A stretch of DNA of 64,000 nt. Origin: Octopus sinensis (Eukaryota). The notes beneath the pieces are model-generated. The model was not told where the DNA came from. It did no database searches and saw nothing but the letters and a program-made list of their open reading frames with translations. Both the position numbers and the translations under genes were made by a program. How positions within the stretch are numbered: position 1 is the stretch's first letter; every line of letters starts with the position of its first letter. Location: the NCBI RefSeq assembly GCF_006345805.1, contig NC_043004.1:57288001-57352000 (forward strand), read 5' to 3'. This document shows positions 26,111 through 39,851 of the stretch, one piece after another.

Positions 26111-27104
26111 GTCCAACTAAGCCCTAAACATACATTTATCAATGTATGTATGTATATTAATGTACACACTATGTAACACCTTATCGTATTCAATCAAATT
26201 GATTTACAAATGTCTATCTACACGAGACCGAGTATTTCGCTAGAAATACTCAAGAGATAAACATGAGTGTCATAATATTCTAATTTCTCTTCGACACACG
26301 TCTTCAGAGTGCAATAGATTTATCTTAGACGTACTCCAGAAGTCAACCACTTATTTTATACAATATAATACGGTATCATTTCTTACTTTACACCCATAGT
26401 ATGTGTCGATCTTATGAAAGTTTTCCTGAATTCTCCAACTGTGTTTTGGCATCTACGTTTCATTCGGATATTTCATAAATATTTTCATTTTATTGTGTTG
26501 TATCGGTTGTCCGACTTGATGGTATTTTTTTTCTTTGACATTTATGCTTTGCTGAATTTCATCGATTGCACTTTACTATTTAAAATTGATTTATCGACAC
26601 TTTACAACGTGTGTGATTGCTTTTATAACTGACAGCTTAGAATTTAGCTGACCATGAATATTAGACGTCAGCGATTCATTCTTTCTCTTAGAAAATCTAT
26701 CAGATTTCTTTCAGATTTTTTTTATTGTTCATATATATTTCTGTATGAAGCGTGCGACTGTGCGTAGTTGATTTATTCAAAAGCTGATTCCATCTCGGCG
26801 TAACACTGTCATTCGTTTGTTTTGCAGATTTTTTTACGCATTTGTCATGTACTGCTTTCCTGATGTACCAGATTTAAACAAAATAAATCATTAGTTTCCT
26901 AAAGTTCAATGTTACATAACTACTTCATTTTTATTTTTAGCTCTTTGTCACAAGTTAAAAGAAATACTGTTATTTTCAGTGATTTCAAGAATGTGCATAA
27001 AAATACCACCAATGCTCGAGGGAAGCATTAACAGGGAATTCTTGGTTTATCCCCCCAAAACTGGTTCAGATCATATGTAAAACTTTTATGATATTCGTTG
27101 TTAA

Positions 27105-27152
<48 letters not shown>

Positions 27153-27461
27153 TATATATAAATATATATATATACACACATATATATATGATTAAATAAA
27201 TGAGTTTAACGCAGTGTGTAATCAAATATTTTACTTTCGAACATGTTTCGAAAATTCCACTGATACTATTCAAAAGAATAAATGGTATAAACAATGCAAT
27301 TCTCCTCAGGAAAGTGAAAAAAAAAAATCATTACTTCCTAAGTTCAAGTTTACATCACTACTTCATTTTATTTTTAGCTGTCTGTCACTAGTTAAAAGAT
27401 ATACTGCTACTTCCGTGTTAATTGTGAACAAGGTAAAAATACACTCATCTATTATTATATA

Positions 27462-27502
<41 letters not shown>

Positions 27503-28369
27503 TAATACTAAGTGGGAAAGAAATTGCTAAAATAATATTATCATGAAAAACGTTTCAGTACCGGTTTCAGTCTTTGCAATTGTTTCAACTTAGAGTAAGG
27601 CAAAAAAAAGAAAAGAAAAAAATTCAGTTGTGCAAAAATTAAATGAAATGCATTTTTTAAAAATATTTCCATAGTTTTCAAAAGCAAAGGACGTTTTCCT
27701 ATTTTCTGTCTGTCTGTCTCTCTATTTTACTCTTGGGTGTTCTAAGCAGTTGGCAGTGGCTGGTTTGATATGAATTCGTCTTTTATTGTTTAAGCAAAAG
27801 TAGTAGTAGAGAAAGGAGGCGAAGAAAACGAAGGAGTAGGAGGAAGAAGGGAAAGAATAATAAAAATGCGGGAGCGGTATGACAGTTTCAGGATGTTGGT
27901 GAAATCCTCTTAAATGGACAAGTGACCCGAAAGTGACACGTTGTAGTTGTAATAGTAATGAGTGGAATTGTTCTGAATAAATTCATATATCGTTTTTTAA
28001 TATTTGCGTGGGTATTATTCTAAGGCCATTGTAATAGTGTTATTTGTGGTGGATGCATTCAAAATGCGTGTATATTTTGTGATAAAGAATGACGCTTTGC
28101 GAATGCGCTGACTACATGTTGCATCATCCTTGAATCGCTAGAGGGAGAAAATTATGAAGCTGGGTTGTTTGTTATTGGCGCAAATGTCGATGGGTTCGCT
28201 GAATGATATGTTTCCGTATACGCACACATTTATACACGCACACACACACACACATATAGATAGATAGATATATAGATAGATAGCTTGATAGATATAGATA
28301 TATATATATATACATTTATATATATATATACATTTATGCATATATATATATATATATATTATAACGGGA

Positions 28370-28660
28370 AGCTTTATGAAAATAGACAAAAGACAAAGGC
28401 AGGTGGAAAACAAACAAACAATTGTATTAGTATGGCGCTCAGGAAATATAAATAAAACAAGTATTTAACGTTTCGAGCCTACGCTCTTCAACAGAAAGAT
28501 ACACAGAGAGAAAAAAAAACACAGAAAGAAGAAGAGAAAAAATGCGTGCAGTAACTAACGAATCAACATGGCGATCTGATTTCGGCCAGAAGTCAAAGAT
28601 CAAACATGAGACGCGAGAGCGAAATTAGGGGAGATAATAGGGTTCAATGACCAGCTCCAA
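28370..28660 (-). mobile_element. Penelope-like terminal-repeat remnant
   Basis: Hammerhead-like motif followed by CCTGAGCGCCATACTAATAC; the same motif order occurs at 31815-31900 and 39700-39780. Confidence 0.6.
28461..28500 (-). ncRNA. Minimal hammerhead motif, A6U variant
   Basis: Minus: cttt-CTGTTGA-a-gagc-gtag-gctc-GAAA-cg-T-T-aaat; stem II perfect, stem I 3 bp. Confidence 0.55.
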
Positions 28661-28661
28661 C

Positions 28662-28860
28662 ATAAGGGTGTGTGTGTGTATGAGAGAGTATTAGTGCGTG
28701 TGAGAGGTCTGGACGTGTGTATGTATAGGGTTGGTGTATGTATTAGTATGTATTAGTATGTATAAGGGTGTGTGTGTGTGTATGAGAGAGTATTAGTGCG
28801 TATGAGAGGTCTGGACGTGTGTATGTATAGGGTTGGTGTATGTATTAGTATGTATTAGTT
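28662..28860. repeat. 100-bp direct tandem duplication
   Basis: ATAAGGGTGTGTG...GAGAGGTCTGGACG...TATTAG starts at 28662 and again at 28762. Confidence 0.9.
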
Positions 28861-29135
28861 GGTGTATGTATTAGTATGGCACATCATATATGATGTGATG
28901 TGTAAAGTCGTGTGGTGTAGTGTGAAGAAAGGAGAAGAGGGGGGAGATTAGGGGGAGAAGGAAGGGGGGAGGGGGGAGGAAAGAGGGAGAGGGGGAGAGA
29001 GAAGTTTTTTCTTAATGACAACACAATTAATCTCTCTTTCTCATCTAAATTTTGTGCAGATTGCTAACAAGAAAGTAAAATATCATAGGTGGATGCAGTG
29101 ATGATTTCAAAACAAACATGCATCTAATTTATGAG

Positions 29136-29172
<37 letters not shown>

Positions 29173-29249
29173 ATATAATAATATATATATATATATAGTA
29201 TCAATATTAACAAAAGGGTGAAATTAATTAATTATTAACTACTGGCTGC

Positions 29250-29300
<51 letters not shown>

Positions 29301-29639
29301 CTCTTTACTCTTTTACTATTTTACTGTTTTCAGTCATTTGACTGTGGCCATTCTGGAGCACCGCCTTTAATCGAGCAACGCGACCCCGGGACTTATTCTT
29401 TTGTAAGCCCAGTACTTATTCTATCGGTCTCTTTTGCCGAACCTCTAAGTAACGGGGACATAAACACATCAGCATCGGTTGTCAAGCAATGCTAGGGGGA
29501 CAAACGCAGAAACACAAACACGCACACGCATATATATACATATATACGACGGGCTTCTTTCAGTTTCCGTCTTCCAAATCCACTCACAAGGCTTTGGTCG
29601 GCCCGAGGCTATAGTAGAAGACACTTGCCCAAGGTGCCA
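29301..29639 (-). mobile_element. SINE family A, 5'-truncated
   Basis: Lacks the tRNA head; runs into (AT)n. Confidence 0.9.
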
Positions 29640-30045
29640 TATATATATATATATATATATATACATCCGCGTGTAAGCACATAAATGTGAATAAATTTGC
29701 GAAAACTAGTACTCGAATACCAACAGTAGAGTAAAATGATTTATTATTAAAGCTGCAGAAACATTACAGAGCTATCACAAAAAAAAAAAAATGTATATAT
29801 ATGTGTGTGCGTGTGTGTGTGTTTGCGCACGTATACGTGTGTAAATGACAATCGTTTTATGTCTAGCTACATGCAGAAATAGATTCATATTCAGGAGAAG
29901 GATTACTCAAAATTATTTACTACAACATACATTTCGAAGTGACTGTAACACATCTTTTTGCAAAAGCTACACACGCGCGCGCGTGAGCTTGCATACACAC
30001 ACATACACACACTGGCACTTAGAATGTACAAATGTATGTATATAT

Positions 30046-30086
<41 letters not shown>

Positions 30087-30447
30087 AGTATATATATATA
30101 TGTTTGTTCGTTTATATTAGAAGTATATATTTGAGTATGAATGTATAAATGCATAAAACATTGGATTTCATTGCTGTACAAAAATAATAAAAATGAAAAT
30201 TCGACAGAATTTAGTTATGATTAAGCAAACGCAGAAATCTGCAAGCCAATTTAAGCTGATTATAAGATTTACCTTAATTTAGGCTGATTTGCATTGTTGC
30301 TAATAAACAGTAGTCATGTTTATAGCTACAAGCTAATTTGTTTCTAAACTCTTGTACACACTCCGACATACACAATTATACATACATCCATACATATACA
30401 TACAATGATATATATATGTATGTATATATATATATATATCTATATAT

Positions 30448-30493
<46 letters not shown>

Positions 30494-30586
30494 GGTCCCG
30501 GGTTGATTCGGGGTTAACCACAGTAAATAAGGTCCTGAAGATTTCTCTTGAATGAAACAGTTCTAGTCCTGTAGAAGCTCCTTCTA

Positions 30587-30669
<83 letters not shown>

Positions 30670-31530
30670 TAGGTAGGTAGATAAACAGATAGATAGATTG
30701 ACAGACAGGCTGAAAGATAGATAGATAGAGAGATAGATAGATATACACTTCATTTTTAACCTAGTTTGCTAGATTCATGATGTGAATGCTATGTTTAAAC
30801 ACATTCTCTATCTTGGCATTTTGTTACGTCATTAATAATGACACTTGCACTAGTACGATATCACTTCATTATTGTTAATTGATTGGTTAAATAATTGAAT
30901 AAATAAACATCGAACTAACCAATTATTTGTTTAATGTGCTGGTTAAAGAATGAATTGTTTGTCAGTCGAAGTCATTTCGTTGTTGCTCTTGACCTCATGA
31001 ATGATGTGCTGCTTCTCTTTGAATTCTGGTTTGAGCCTATTCGAGAATTAGCAGTATTCTTGTATTTACGCATACCATGATTGTTTAATCCTCGGATTAG
31101 AAAAACGATGGATTAGTTTGTTGGTTAGATGTTTAAAAAATTGACTAATACGAAGGAATATTACATACTGTTTCATGTGTTATCACTATGAGCACAAGAC
31201 AAACATAATATACAAACATATTTGTATACATACAAATGCGTACGCACATGCACACATACATACACACACACACAGAAACACACACGCACACACACATAAA
31301 ATTCCAGCATGGAAGACATTTCTACGCCATTTAAAAAAACACAAAAACTGTTAGATTCACTTTGAATTTATATTGTCGAAATATTTTCGATGCTTTGACG
31401 CCGCGATTAAAATACCGTGTAGCACGATCTCATATCAAGTCACTTGCTATGCAAGTACACCACCATTACACATGTATATATATATAAATATACATACACA
31501 CACATACACACACATACACGCACACACACG

Positions 31531-31565
<35 letters not shown>

Positions 31566-31949
31566 TATATATATATATATATACAGTTAATGGAATAACT
31601 ATAAAATGAATCGTTTACATTTAACTAAGTTCTATATTTTTATGCAGCTGAAGATTGCTCTACATTGTAAAACTGATGTAATACATCAATTGTTTATTTA
31701 AATGGAGTCGTATAAAACGATCGTACTGCATTATCTTGGGATATCCTTGTTGCTACATTTGATGCTATATATATATATATATATATATACATTCTTTTAT
31801 TTTGACTGTTTATTCCTATATGTTAAAGAGCGTCAGCTTGAAACATAAAAGATTTTCTCTCCTTCCCGAGCGTCAAAGTAATACACCTGTCACCTGTCTG
31901 CCGCCTTCTTTTTTTCTCTGAAAATTTTCAACTATATAATGTATATATC

Positions 31950-31981
<32 letters not shown>

Positions 31982-32141
31982 ATATAACACACATATGTTA
32001 AGCAAAATTTAGATTCCAATGAATATGGTACTTAGGTGAGATGAAGAATTTTCTACGGTATTGTCTATATAAATCCATGCAAAATAAGCAACAAGAATAT
32101 CTTCCGAAGATATATTTGTTGCTTATTTTGATTATATATAC

Positions 32142-32178
<37 letters not shown>

Positions 32179-32639
32179 TATATATGTAATATAGGTATAT
32201 ATATAGGTATGTATATATATACATGTATATGTATATATATATGTAATATATATATATGTATATATATATATAATATATATATGTATAATATAATAGATAT
32301 ATGTATATGTATATATATAATAATATATATATGTATATATAATATATGTATATATAATATATGTATATGTATATATATATATATGTATATAAATATATGT
32401 ATATATATATTATATGTAATATATATATAATTATATATATATATATGTATATATATAATATAATATGTATATGTATATATATATATACTGTATATATAAA
32501 TATATGTATATATATATATATACATGTATTTATATATATGTATATACATATACGTGTATATATATATACGTGATATATATATATGTATATATATTATATA
32601 TATATTGTGTGTGTATATATATATGTATATATATATAGT

Positions 32640-32688
<49 letters not shown>

Positions 32689-32702
32689 GGGTTGTGTGTA
32701 TA

Positions 32703-32734
<32 letters not shown>

Positions 32735-32972
32735 GTATGTATATATGTGATATATATATATATGTATATATGTATATATATACATGTATATGTATATATG
32801 TTATATATACATGGATAATATATATGTATATATATATATGATATATTTATATATATATATATATATGTATGTATATATGTATATATATATATGTATATAT
32901 GTATATATATACATGTATATGTATATGTATATATATACATGTGTATATATTATGTATATATATATGCATATT

Positions 32973-33003
<31 letters not shown>

Positions 33004-33024
33004 TTATATATATATATGTATATT

Positions 33025-33055
<31 letters not shown>

Positions 33056-33072
33056 TTATATATATATATGTA

Positions 33073-33123
<51 letters not shown>

Positions 33124-33195
33124 GTATATTTATATATATATATATATGTATATTTATATATATAATATATGTATATATATATATATATTATATAT

Positions 33196-33340
33196 ATAAT
33201 ATTATTAGAGACAAAACACTATTTTGCCAAAACAAACAAGGAAAGACTTAATCAATACATAAATTTTTAAAATTTTATGTTTTGATTAAGTCTTTCCTTG
33301 TTTGTTTGCAAAATAGTGGTTTTGTCTCTAATAATATTAT
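33196..33340. repeat. Near-perfect inverted repeat (about 68-bp arms, 10-bp spacer)
   Basis: ATAATATTATTAGAGACAAAACACTATTTTG...CAATACATAAA versus its reverse complement ending at 33340; one mismatch and about three small indels. Confidence 0.93.
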
Positions 33341-33451
33341 ATAATATTTTACTATAAAATGGATTTAATCCTAAATCTGATTTTTCCCTGTAAATTTGGA
33401 TTTATTCCCTAATATTTATTATATTTATATAATATATGTTATATATATATT

Positions 33452-33570
<119 letters not shown>

Positions 33571-33602
33571 TTATATACATATCTACATACATATTTGCAT
33601 AC

Positions 33603-33946
33603 ATATGGAAAGGTCAATGCTTGGTATCTCGTTGAGAGAGCACATAAGTAGCAAGATCATCAGAAAGAAGTCCAGCGTGAGAGATGTCATCGCAGAGTAT
33701 ACACGCAGCAAGTATAGATGGGCTGGACACGTCGCCCGGCTCACCGACAATCGGTGGACGCACGCAGGCATGAGTGGTACCCGCGTGAGCGGAAAAGACC
33801 TCTTGGAAGACCTCCACGACGGTGGAGTTACGATTTCAGGAGGACGATTGGGATCACGTGGATGAGAGAGGAGTGGACAGCCTGCTGTGACGAACGGTGT
33901 CAAATGGACGCCTGACTGACTGGTCGGTCAAGGTGATCAAGGTGAT
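33603..33946 (+). mobile_element. 5'-truncated RTE-type LINE 3' end
   Basis: [29 protein letters not shown]...KYRWAGHVARLTDNRWT /frameshift/ EWYPRERKRPLGRPPRRWSYDF...*; tail (CAAGGTGAT)x2. Confidence 0.9.
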
Positions 33947-33977
33947 ATATATTTGTATATATATATATATACATATA

Positions 33978-34026
<49 letters not shown>

Positions 34027-36059
34027 TATATGCATATAATATATGTATATATATATCATATATATTATACATATATATATCATATATATACATATATATC
34101 TTATATATATATATAATATATATATATAGATATATATAATATATTATGCATTATATATATAGTAATATATATATATATATATATACATTATATATATATA
34201 TATATATATATTAAATATATATATACATATATATACATTATATATATATATAAATATTTAACATATATATATATATATATAAATATGTATACATATATAT
34301 ATTATATTATATAAATATGGTATATATCTATATATATATATAAATATGTAATCTATATATATATATATATAAATATGTATGTATATATATATTATATGTA
34401 TATAAATTATGTATATATATATATATGTATATAATATTTATATATATATATATGTATAATATGTATATATATATTATATGTATATAAATATGTATATATA
34501 TATATTGTATATAATATGTATATATAAGATATATGCGTCTGTATTAATGTATATATATATATATATATATGCGTCTGTATATATGTATATATATATATAT
34601 GCGTCTGTATATATGTATATATGTATATATATATATATGCGTCTGTATATATATATATGCGTCTGTATATATGTATATATGTATATATATATACTTATAT
34701 ATATGTGTGTATATATGTGTGGGTTTATATTTATTTATATACATATCTCTATATGTATATGAATAAATATATATGTATATGTAATTGTATATATAAATAT
34801 ATATGTAATATATATATATATACATATATATGTATATATATTGATGTATATATATATAGGTATGCAAATATGTTATGTAGATATGTATATAAGTATATAA
34901 GTATATATAAATATATATACTTACGTATGTGTTAATGTATATATTTATATATGTATTTGTGTGTATATATATATATGTATAAATATACATACATACATTT
35001 ATACACACATATATAATATATATATATATATATATGCATACACACACACACATAATTTATTTCTCACATATGTATTTGTTCATATGCTTTTTGTAAATGA
35101 ACATTTGCTACGGTTGAGCGTCCGGAAAGAATCCCTACTCAAAGTCATGTTTTAAAGAGCACTGATTGTCCCAGAGCAGCGAAAATAACTCATATTGAAA
35201 CAAACTGAAGTCCATTTGCTGATGTGCTGCAGTAAGGTATGTCTTCATTGATAAAAATTAATAGGAAACACAGCCAGAAATTAGAAGGTTCGCAACTGAT
35301 ACATACGTGCACACTCCCAGTTTGCTCACATACACCCCAGCTATAAAAATACAGTACTCGCATCACATACATATTCCTCTACATTTATTCACTCCGCCAT
35401 ATTTGTTCATGGTTAAGTGTAACCAGAAAACTGCTACAGATTGGAACCAGTAGAATTAATGATGATACATAATTGATGAAGCTGAGAATGACGAATAAAG
35501 GATAAACGACACTTCATATCTCACCAATCGCGAATATAAAACCATATCATAAAAAATATATAATAAATACTAATGTAAAAACGATATACATGTATATATT
35601 TTTTAAATAAACCTAACATGTATAAAATTACAATAATTAAAAAGAAAACCAAAGTAAATTAACATATATAATAAAGAGACAATACAAAATCTATTTTCGA
35701 GGTATGAACCCAATAGCTTAATTAGCTTACTTTATCAAAATAAGTTTTAACATAAATCATGTATCTTTAAATTTGCAATTTAACATTTTAATTAAAATAT
35801 AAAACCATGAGAAAGTAAAACGCTTATCAATAGATTTACAATCTACCAACTAAAATTTTCGATCACCTCATACAATCTTGTATAATCTTGTTCTAAGGAT
35901 AAATTCTAATTTACCTTTGGCTGACATGTTTATAGAATGCCTATTTTTCATCTCTTTGGATGACTGTAACGTGGAAAGTTTCAGTGGCAACTCAAATTTT
36001 CAATCATTTGCATAAGGCAACACTTTAATTACACTGAGCATTAGTCATAGGATAAGCTA

Positions 36060-36380
36060 CCCATTATAGACATTTTCCTGGTTCATAATTGTGTTTAGTG
36101 ATCAGAGAGTGAATTGAACCGGACTGTTTTGCTAAGTCACTTGCAGTTTGCTTTGGCTTTTGCTCAACACCAGTTTTCAGGAGGTCAGTTTTCACAAACG
36201 GTAGTCGCTTAGATCGTGGGGATTCTATGAGAGTAAACTTTACAGGCGGATACTGGTGAAACATCGGTGTCATGTTCAGACACTTAAAGCTTCATTTCCA
36301 TAGATGGACCAAATACTCCTTACAGTTCCCATTCCTTAAGAGCCCGTTTTGAAATACTTGTGTCTGATCTAACGCGTTTT
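36060..36380 (-). mobile_element. Mariner transposase N-terminal (HTH) remnant
   Basis: Minus: WSIYGNEALSV (cf. C.VYG.EAL) then ESPRSKRLPFVKTDLLKTGVEQKPKQTASDLAKQSG (cf. .PRSGRP...D.LLK.LVE..P.QT..ELA). Confidence 0.72.
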
Positions 36381-37794
36381 AACAGAGTAAATTACCTATT
36401 CATTTAAGTGCTATTTTGAGAAGAAATTTCCAATGAAAGGAAAAGGAAACAAGCATACACATGGAAAAGCTAATGCTTATTTTAAAGTAAGGTTAGAAGA
36501 AGCTCCCTTGACATGATCTTTTCAAATATGCAGCAGGACTTTCCAAAGAGCTATAAATATGTTTGAATGAATACGTGTATATATGTACTTAAACATACCA
36601 TTATATATGTGTATACATACAGGCATGCATACATACACACATAAATATTGTTTGCTCACACTGGATTAAAATTACTCTATATACCATAGTGTAGAAAGAA
36701 TGCGTTATTTTTTTTATTACATGCAGTTCGATAATTTAGTCTAACACTATACTGTTTTTGCTTTTCTACGTTTATACTTATGAATACATATGAAGTATGG
36801 AATGCATATGTACAACTACCCTTCGTTACTATCCTTCACTTGAACACAAGTTTTGTAAACTCCAACAGCTTCTATATGTTTTAGCTTAATTATTACTTCA
36901 CTGTTTGTTATATAATTTAATAATGTTAATATAATGTTCAGAAATGTAATTTAATCACGTTTATGTTATATTTTTCATGAATACAGTTTACTGCATGCAA
37001 TCGATAGCTTGCATAATATATATTTTTTTAAATGCTTAAGATTTTGCTTTCGATATGTTTTAGTATTTTTAGTATTACAGCATCCATTCTAATGGTCGAC
37101 AGTTTTGAAAGATAATGGGAATCGATCAGTTACATTAAAGGTAATAAACCATAGATTGATTGACTTCAAACGATATCTATCAAAAATATTTGATCTTTTG
37201 TTTTCATTAATCATCACAGCCAAAATGCTTTATTTAAAATGGTTTATAGCATCATAAAAATTTAAATTCTGGCGCATATGCTCGTACGAAATGCTTATGT
37301 ATATGAAGGCAGTCATAGCTAATGGGATAAGAAGTTCGTCAGTTAATGATAAGACAGCAGTTTCAATCATAATACAAGACATATTAGTTATGCTTCTATT
37401 ACCATAATTTCGGCTACCCCCACGTTTTGTAAGCGAACTTCAGTTGATGGAAACAATATGAAATCTCGGCGAGCGGTGTTTGCTAATCAAACAGCCAGTG
37501 TTTTCACACACTGAGTCATGCGGATGCAGTAATCACGTGCCTGTTTAAAAGTCAGCCACTATACACTATAATTGAGTGAGTATAATGTTCCGTTTTGCAG
37601 TATGGCGTATATTCCAGCATTCATACATATATTGATGCATCCATATATATGCATATATGTATATACATATATATATGTGTGTGTGTGTGTGCATGTGTAT
37701 GTATGTGTGTGTGTTTATATATATATATATATACATAAAGACACACACATATATATATATACAATATATATATAATATATATAATATATATATA

Positions 37795-37842
<48 letters not shown>

Positions 37843-38060
37843 CACAATGAGAAATAGCTCAACTTATGGATCGACAAATCTCACATTCTCCGTCTGTCAC
37901 CATCAGCATCTTCCCCACATTTTCTCTTCCCTTTTTTACATTCTCTTTTTGCATATTTATTCTCTCTCTGGCATGCTATCCTTTCTTCTCTCTCTCTCTC
38001 TATCTTCTTCTTCTTCTTCTCTTCTTCTTCTTCTTCTTATTATTATTATTATTATTATTA

Positions 38061-38093
<33 letters not shown>

Positions 38094-38317
38094 CACGCAG
38101 AACATGCTACATTCTAAATCTTTTCTGATTCGGTAAACACGATTAGTTTACAATCATGTAACATTGCTCTAAAGATTTTTTTCTTTAATAAGTGAATCTC
38201 AACATCGGATTCAGCGTAAAAATAAAAGGACATCAATGGACGAAATTTGAACACTGTTCACTTATTATTTACATTATTTACATTTGACGGATATTTGTCC
38301 TCATCTTGTTTGTTGTT

Positions 38318-38363
38318 AGCACAACGTTTCGACTGATATACCCTGCAGCCTTCATCAGGTCTC
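38318..38363 (-). ncRNA. Minimal type-I hammerhead motif
   Basis: Minus: gagac-CTGATGA-a-ggctg-cagggtatat-cagtc-GAAA-cg-T-T-gtgct. Confidence 0.65.
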
Positions 38364-38497
38364 TTAACCGCGACACCACGGGCATATGGCGTAGTACTTA
38401 TGAGAGCGGGCTACTAACACCAAGATTCCGAGTTCTATTCCAGGCAGTGACCTGAATAATAATAATAATAATAATGATAATAATGATAACGATAATG

Positions 38498-38536
<39 letters not shown>

Positions 38537-38608
38537 GTAATAATAATAGTAATAATAATAACATCGAAAAATACTTTAGTTATGAGAACCCAGGTTCGAA
38601 ATTACCCA

Positions 38609-38655
38609 AGACACCTGAAGAAGGCTTGAGAGTATATCAGCCGAAACGTTGTGCT
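38609..38655 (+). ncRNA. Minimal type-I hammerhead motif
   Basis: agacac-CTGAAGA-a-ggctt-gagagtatat-cagcc-GAAA-cg-T-T-gtgct; stem I cac/gtg, palindromic ACGT stem III. Confidence 0.68.
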
Positions 38656-39009
38656 AACAACAAACACGATGAAGACAAATATCCATCAAATGTAAATAAT
38701 GTACGTAATTCCTCATTTCTTAAATATAGAACTGTACTGTTCACTTAATTGTAAAGTTTTAAAATCGTTGAGAGCAACGTCATTTATTTGTCAATGTTTT
38801 TATTGTCAACGTTCCCACTCTCTATATATTTACCAGACTCTTTCTCTCCCACTCTTAAAAGACTTATATCGCTCACGCAGAGCGTGTATGTGAGTGTATG
38901 TCTCTGAGTATGTGTATGTGTAATAAATTTCATTAGGGAAACAGTGTGATATAAAAAGGGCATATAACAGATAATGTTAATTTTCTGCTTGTAACTGTAA
39001 TTTTTCTTG

Positions 39010-39051
<42 letters not shown>

Positions 39052-39609
39052 CACGGATTTTCTTGATACAGAGTGGGGCTTAAAAATTTAACTTAAAAAA
39101 TATTAAGTCTTTCGTAAACTCCAGCAGGATCAACATTCCTTATAATGTGTTCACGAGAAACAAAATAATGAAAAACATGAAAGTGACAAAAAAAAAGTGA
39201 GTTCGGTACAAATTAAAAGAAATATTCCCAAAAACATCTCTGAAATTTCAGGATTTATGGGTAGGGTGGTGGAATAATGAAAAATGATTCGTTTAAATTC
39301 CCTGTCTTTTATAAATTATGTTTCATTTTTCTTTGAAAATAAAGCGAGGGACGATCGTAAGGGTTATCGCTGATTTGCAAAAGGATTTTAACCGACAAGT
39401 TTTCCCACCTTCATTTCTAAGTGCATATTGAAAAAACAATGGCCAAAATCAGAATCAGAGAGAAATTTTCGAAAATCTCATAGGCGTACAAATGTTTTCT
39501 TTATTTACCAAAAACAAGTCTCCCACTATTTTAAGTGCATGGTGCAAAAAAAATATTTAAAATTAAGCCGATTGGGGGTGTGAATGGGGATTCCTCAATT
39601 TGCAATTTT

Positions 39610-39840
39610 TCCCCTTTAAAACACTTCCCCGCATCATTTGCAACACCGTTGGCGGTTTTTTTCCTATGTCTTCCCTTCTCTAGATCTTTCCTTCTCCTAT
39701 GTTTCCGACGAAGAGCTCCGCTCGAAAAGTTAAACACTCCTTCTTTCTTTCTTTCCTGAGCGTCCAATAATACTATATTTGTTCCACGTCCACGCGTTGT
39801 TGGGTTTATTTGTGCTTTCTTGTTTGGATTAACTATATAT
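39610..39840 (+). mobile_element. Penelope-like terminal-repeat remnant with hammerhead motif at 39700-39736
   Basis: tgttt-CCGACGA-a-gagc-tcc-gctc-GAAA-ag-T-T-aaaca (stem I tgttt/aaaca perfect; U4C substitution), then CCTGAGCGTCCAATAATAC. Confidence 0.6.
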
Positions 39841-39851
39841 AAATATATATG

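Larger units (their letters stand above)
38262..38732. mobile_element. Family E palindromic element, locus 1: hammerhead tail <- (deleted head) | tRNA-like head-(TAA)n-hammerhead tail ->
   Basis: Left arm 38262-38365 is the reverse complement of part of the right tail (38607-38705); head at 38381-38455 has A box TGGCGTAGT and B box GAGTTCTATTCC; same organisation as 54541-55045. Confidence 0.85.

Noticed and set aside
38381-38455. Possible tRNA gene (also 54786-54860 and all SINE heads)
   Set aside because: Acceptor stem does not pair, and each is fused to a repeat body; these are tRNA-derived heads, not tRNA genes.
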